Shown piece by piece: positions 21,226 through 21,686 of a DNA stretch of 21,686 bases. Position numbers and translations under genes: made by a program. The notes below the pieces were generated by a model. The model was given only the letters and a program-made list of their open reading frames with translations. It was not told the DNA's origin and made no database searches. The stretch is from Octopus sinensis (lineage: Eukaryota). The DNA lies in assembly GCF_006345805.1 (NCBI RefSeq), contig NW_021823582.1, positions 1 through 21,686 on the forward strand, given 5' to 3'. Every line of letters starts with the position of its first letter. Position 1 is the first letter of the stretch.

Positions 21226-21527
21226 AGAAGAGCTCCATAACCGTGCCCCTTGTCTGCGTATGTGAGTATACGTGACGGTGTGAGCGCCGCCGTCTTCGTC
21301 CGGCCCCGTGTGTGTTCCGTGAGTCTGTGATGGTGTTGAAATTGTTAGCAGTGCCAAAGAATATGATGAAATTTAGGTTTATCCTTCACTAATGAGGTGT
21401 TGAAATAGGATATTGGTTTTCTTTGTTTTTTTCTTTTTCTTTTCTCTTTTCTTTTATTTTATTTGGTTCTGAAAGAATATACGTGTGGTGTTTAGCTAAT
21501 TTACTTATTTGCACTTTGTCGTTACGT

Positions 21528-21644
21528 TATATATATATATATGTGTGTGTGTTAGCTCGTGTGTGTTAGCTCGTATGTATGTATGTAGTATGTATGTATG
21601 TATGTATGTATGTATGTATGTATGTATGTATGTATGTATGTATG

Positions 21645-21686
<42 letters not shown>
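21528..21686. repeat. (TA)/(TG)/(TATG)n/(GA)n microsatellite
   Basis: Directly visible. Confidence 0.92.

Overview
This is non-coding, AT-rich, microsatellite-saturated eukaryotic DNA. By inference from the SINE types and (TA)n/(GATA)n/(TATG)n density it is most likely octopus or another coleoid cephalopod. No complete protein-coding gene is supported, and almost all ORFs in the track are translations of simple repeats. Identifiable content: two tRNA-derived SINE families, two non-autonomous Helitrons, a decayed RTE-LINE reverse-transcriptase fragment joined to a Penelope GIY-YIG fragment and interrupted by a 406-bp RTE-derived element with a 13-bp TSD, two foldback palindromes, and a 2.5-kb 39-bp minisatellite with higher-order periodicity. 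There are also weak exon candidates. The highlight is a non-coding 761-bp element (3522-4282) inserted in (TA)n. It is a 599-bp monomer plus a ~163-bp terminal redundancy and carries a complete type I hammerhead ribozyme motif with an unusually long stem II (retrozyme- or Penelope-pLTR-like). A second, degenerate hammerhead of similar design lies at 2332-2420.
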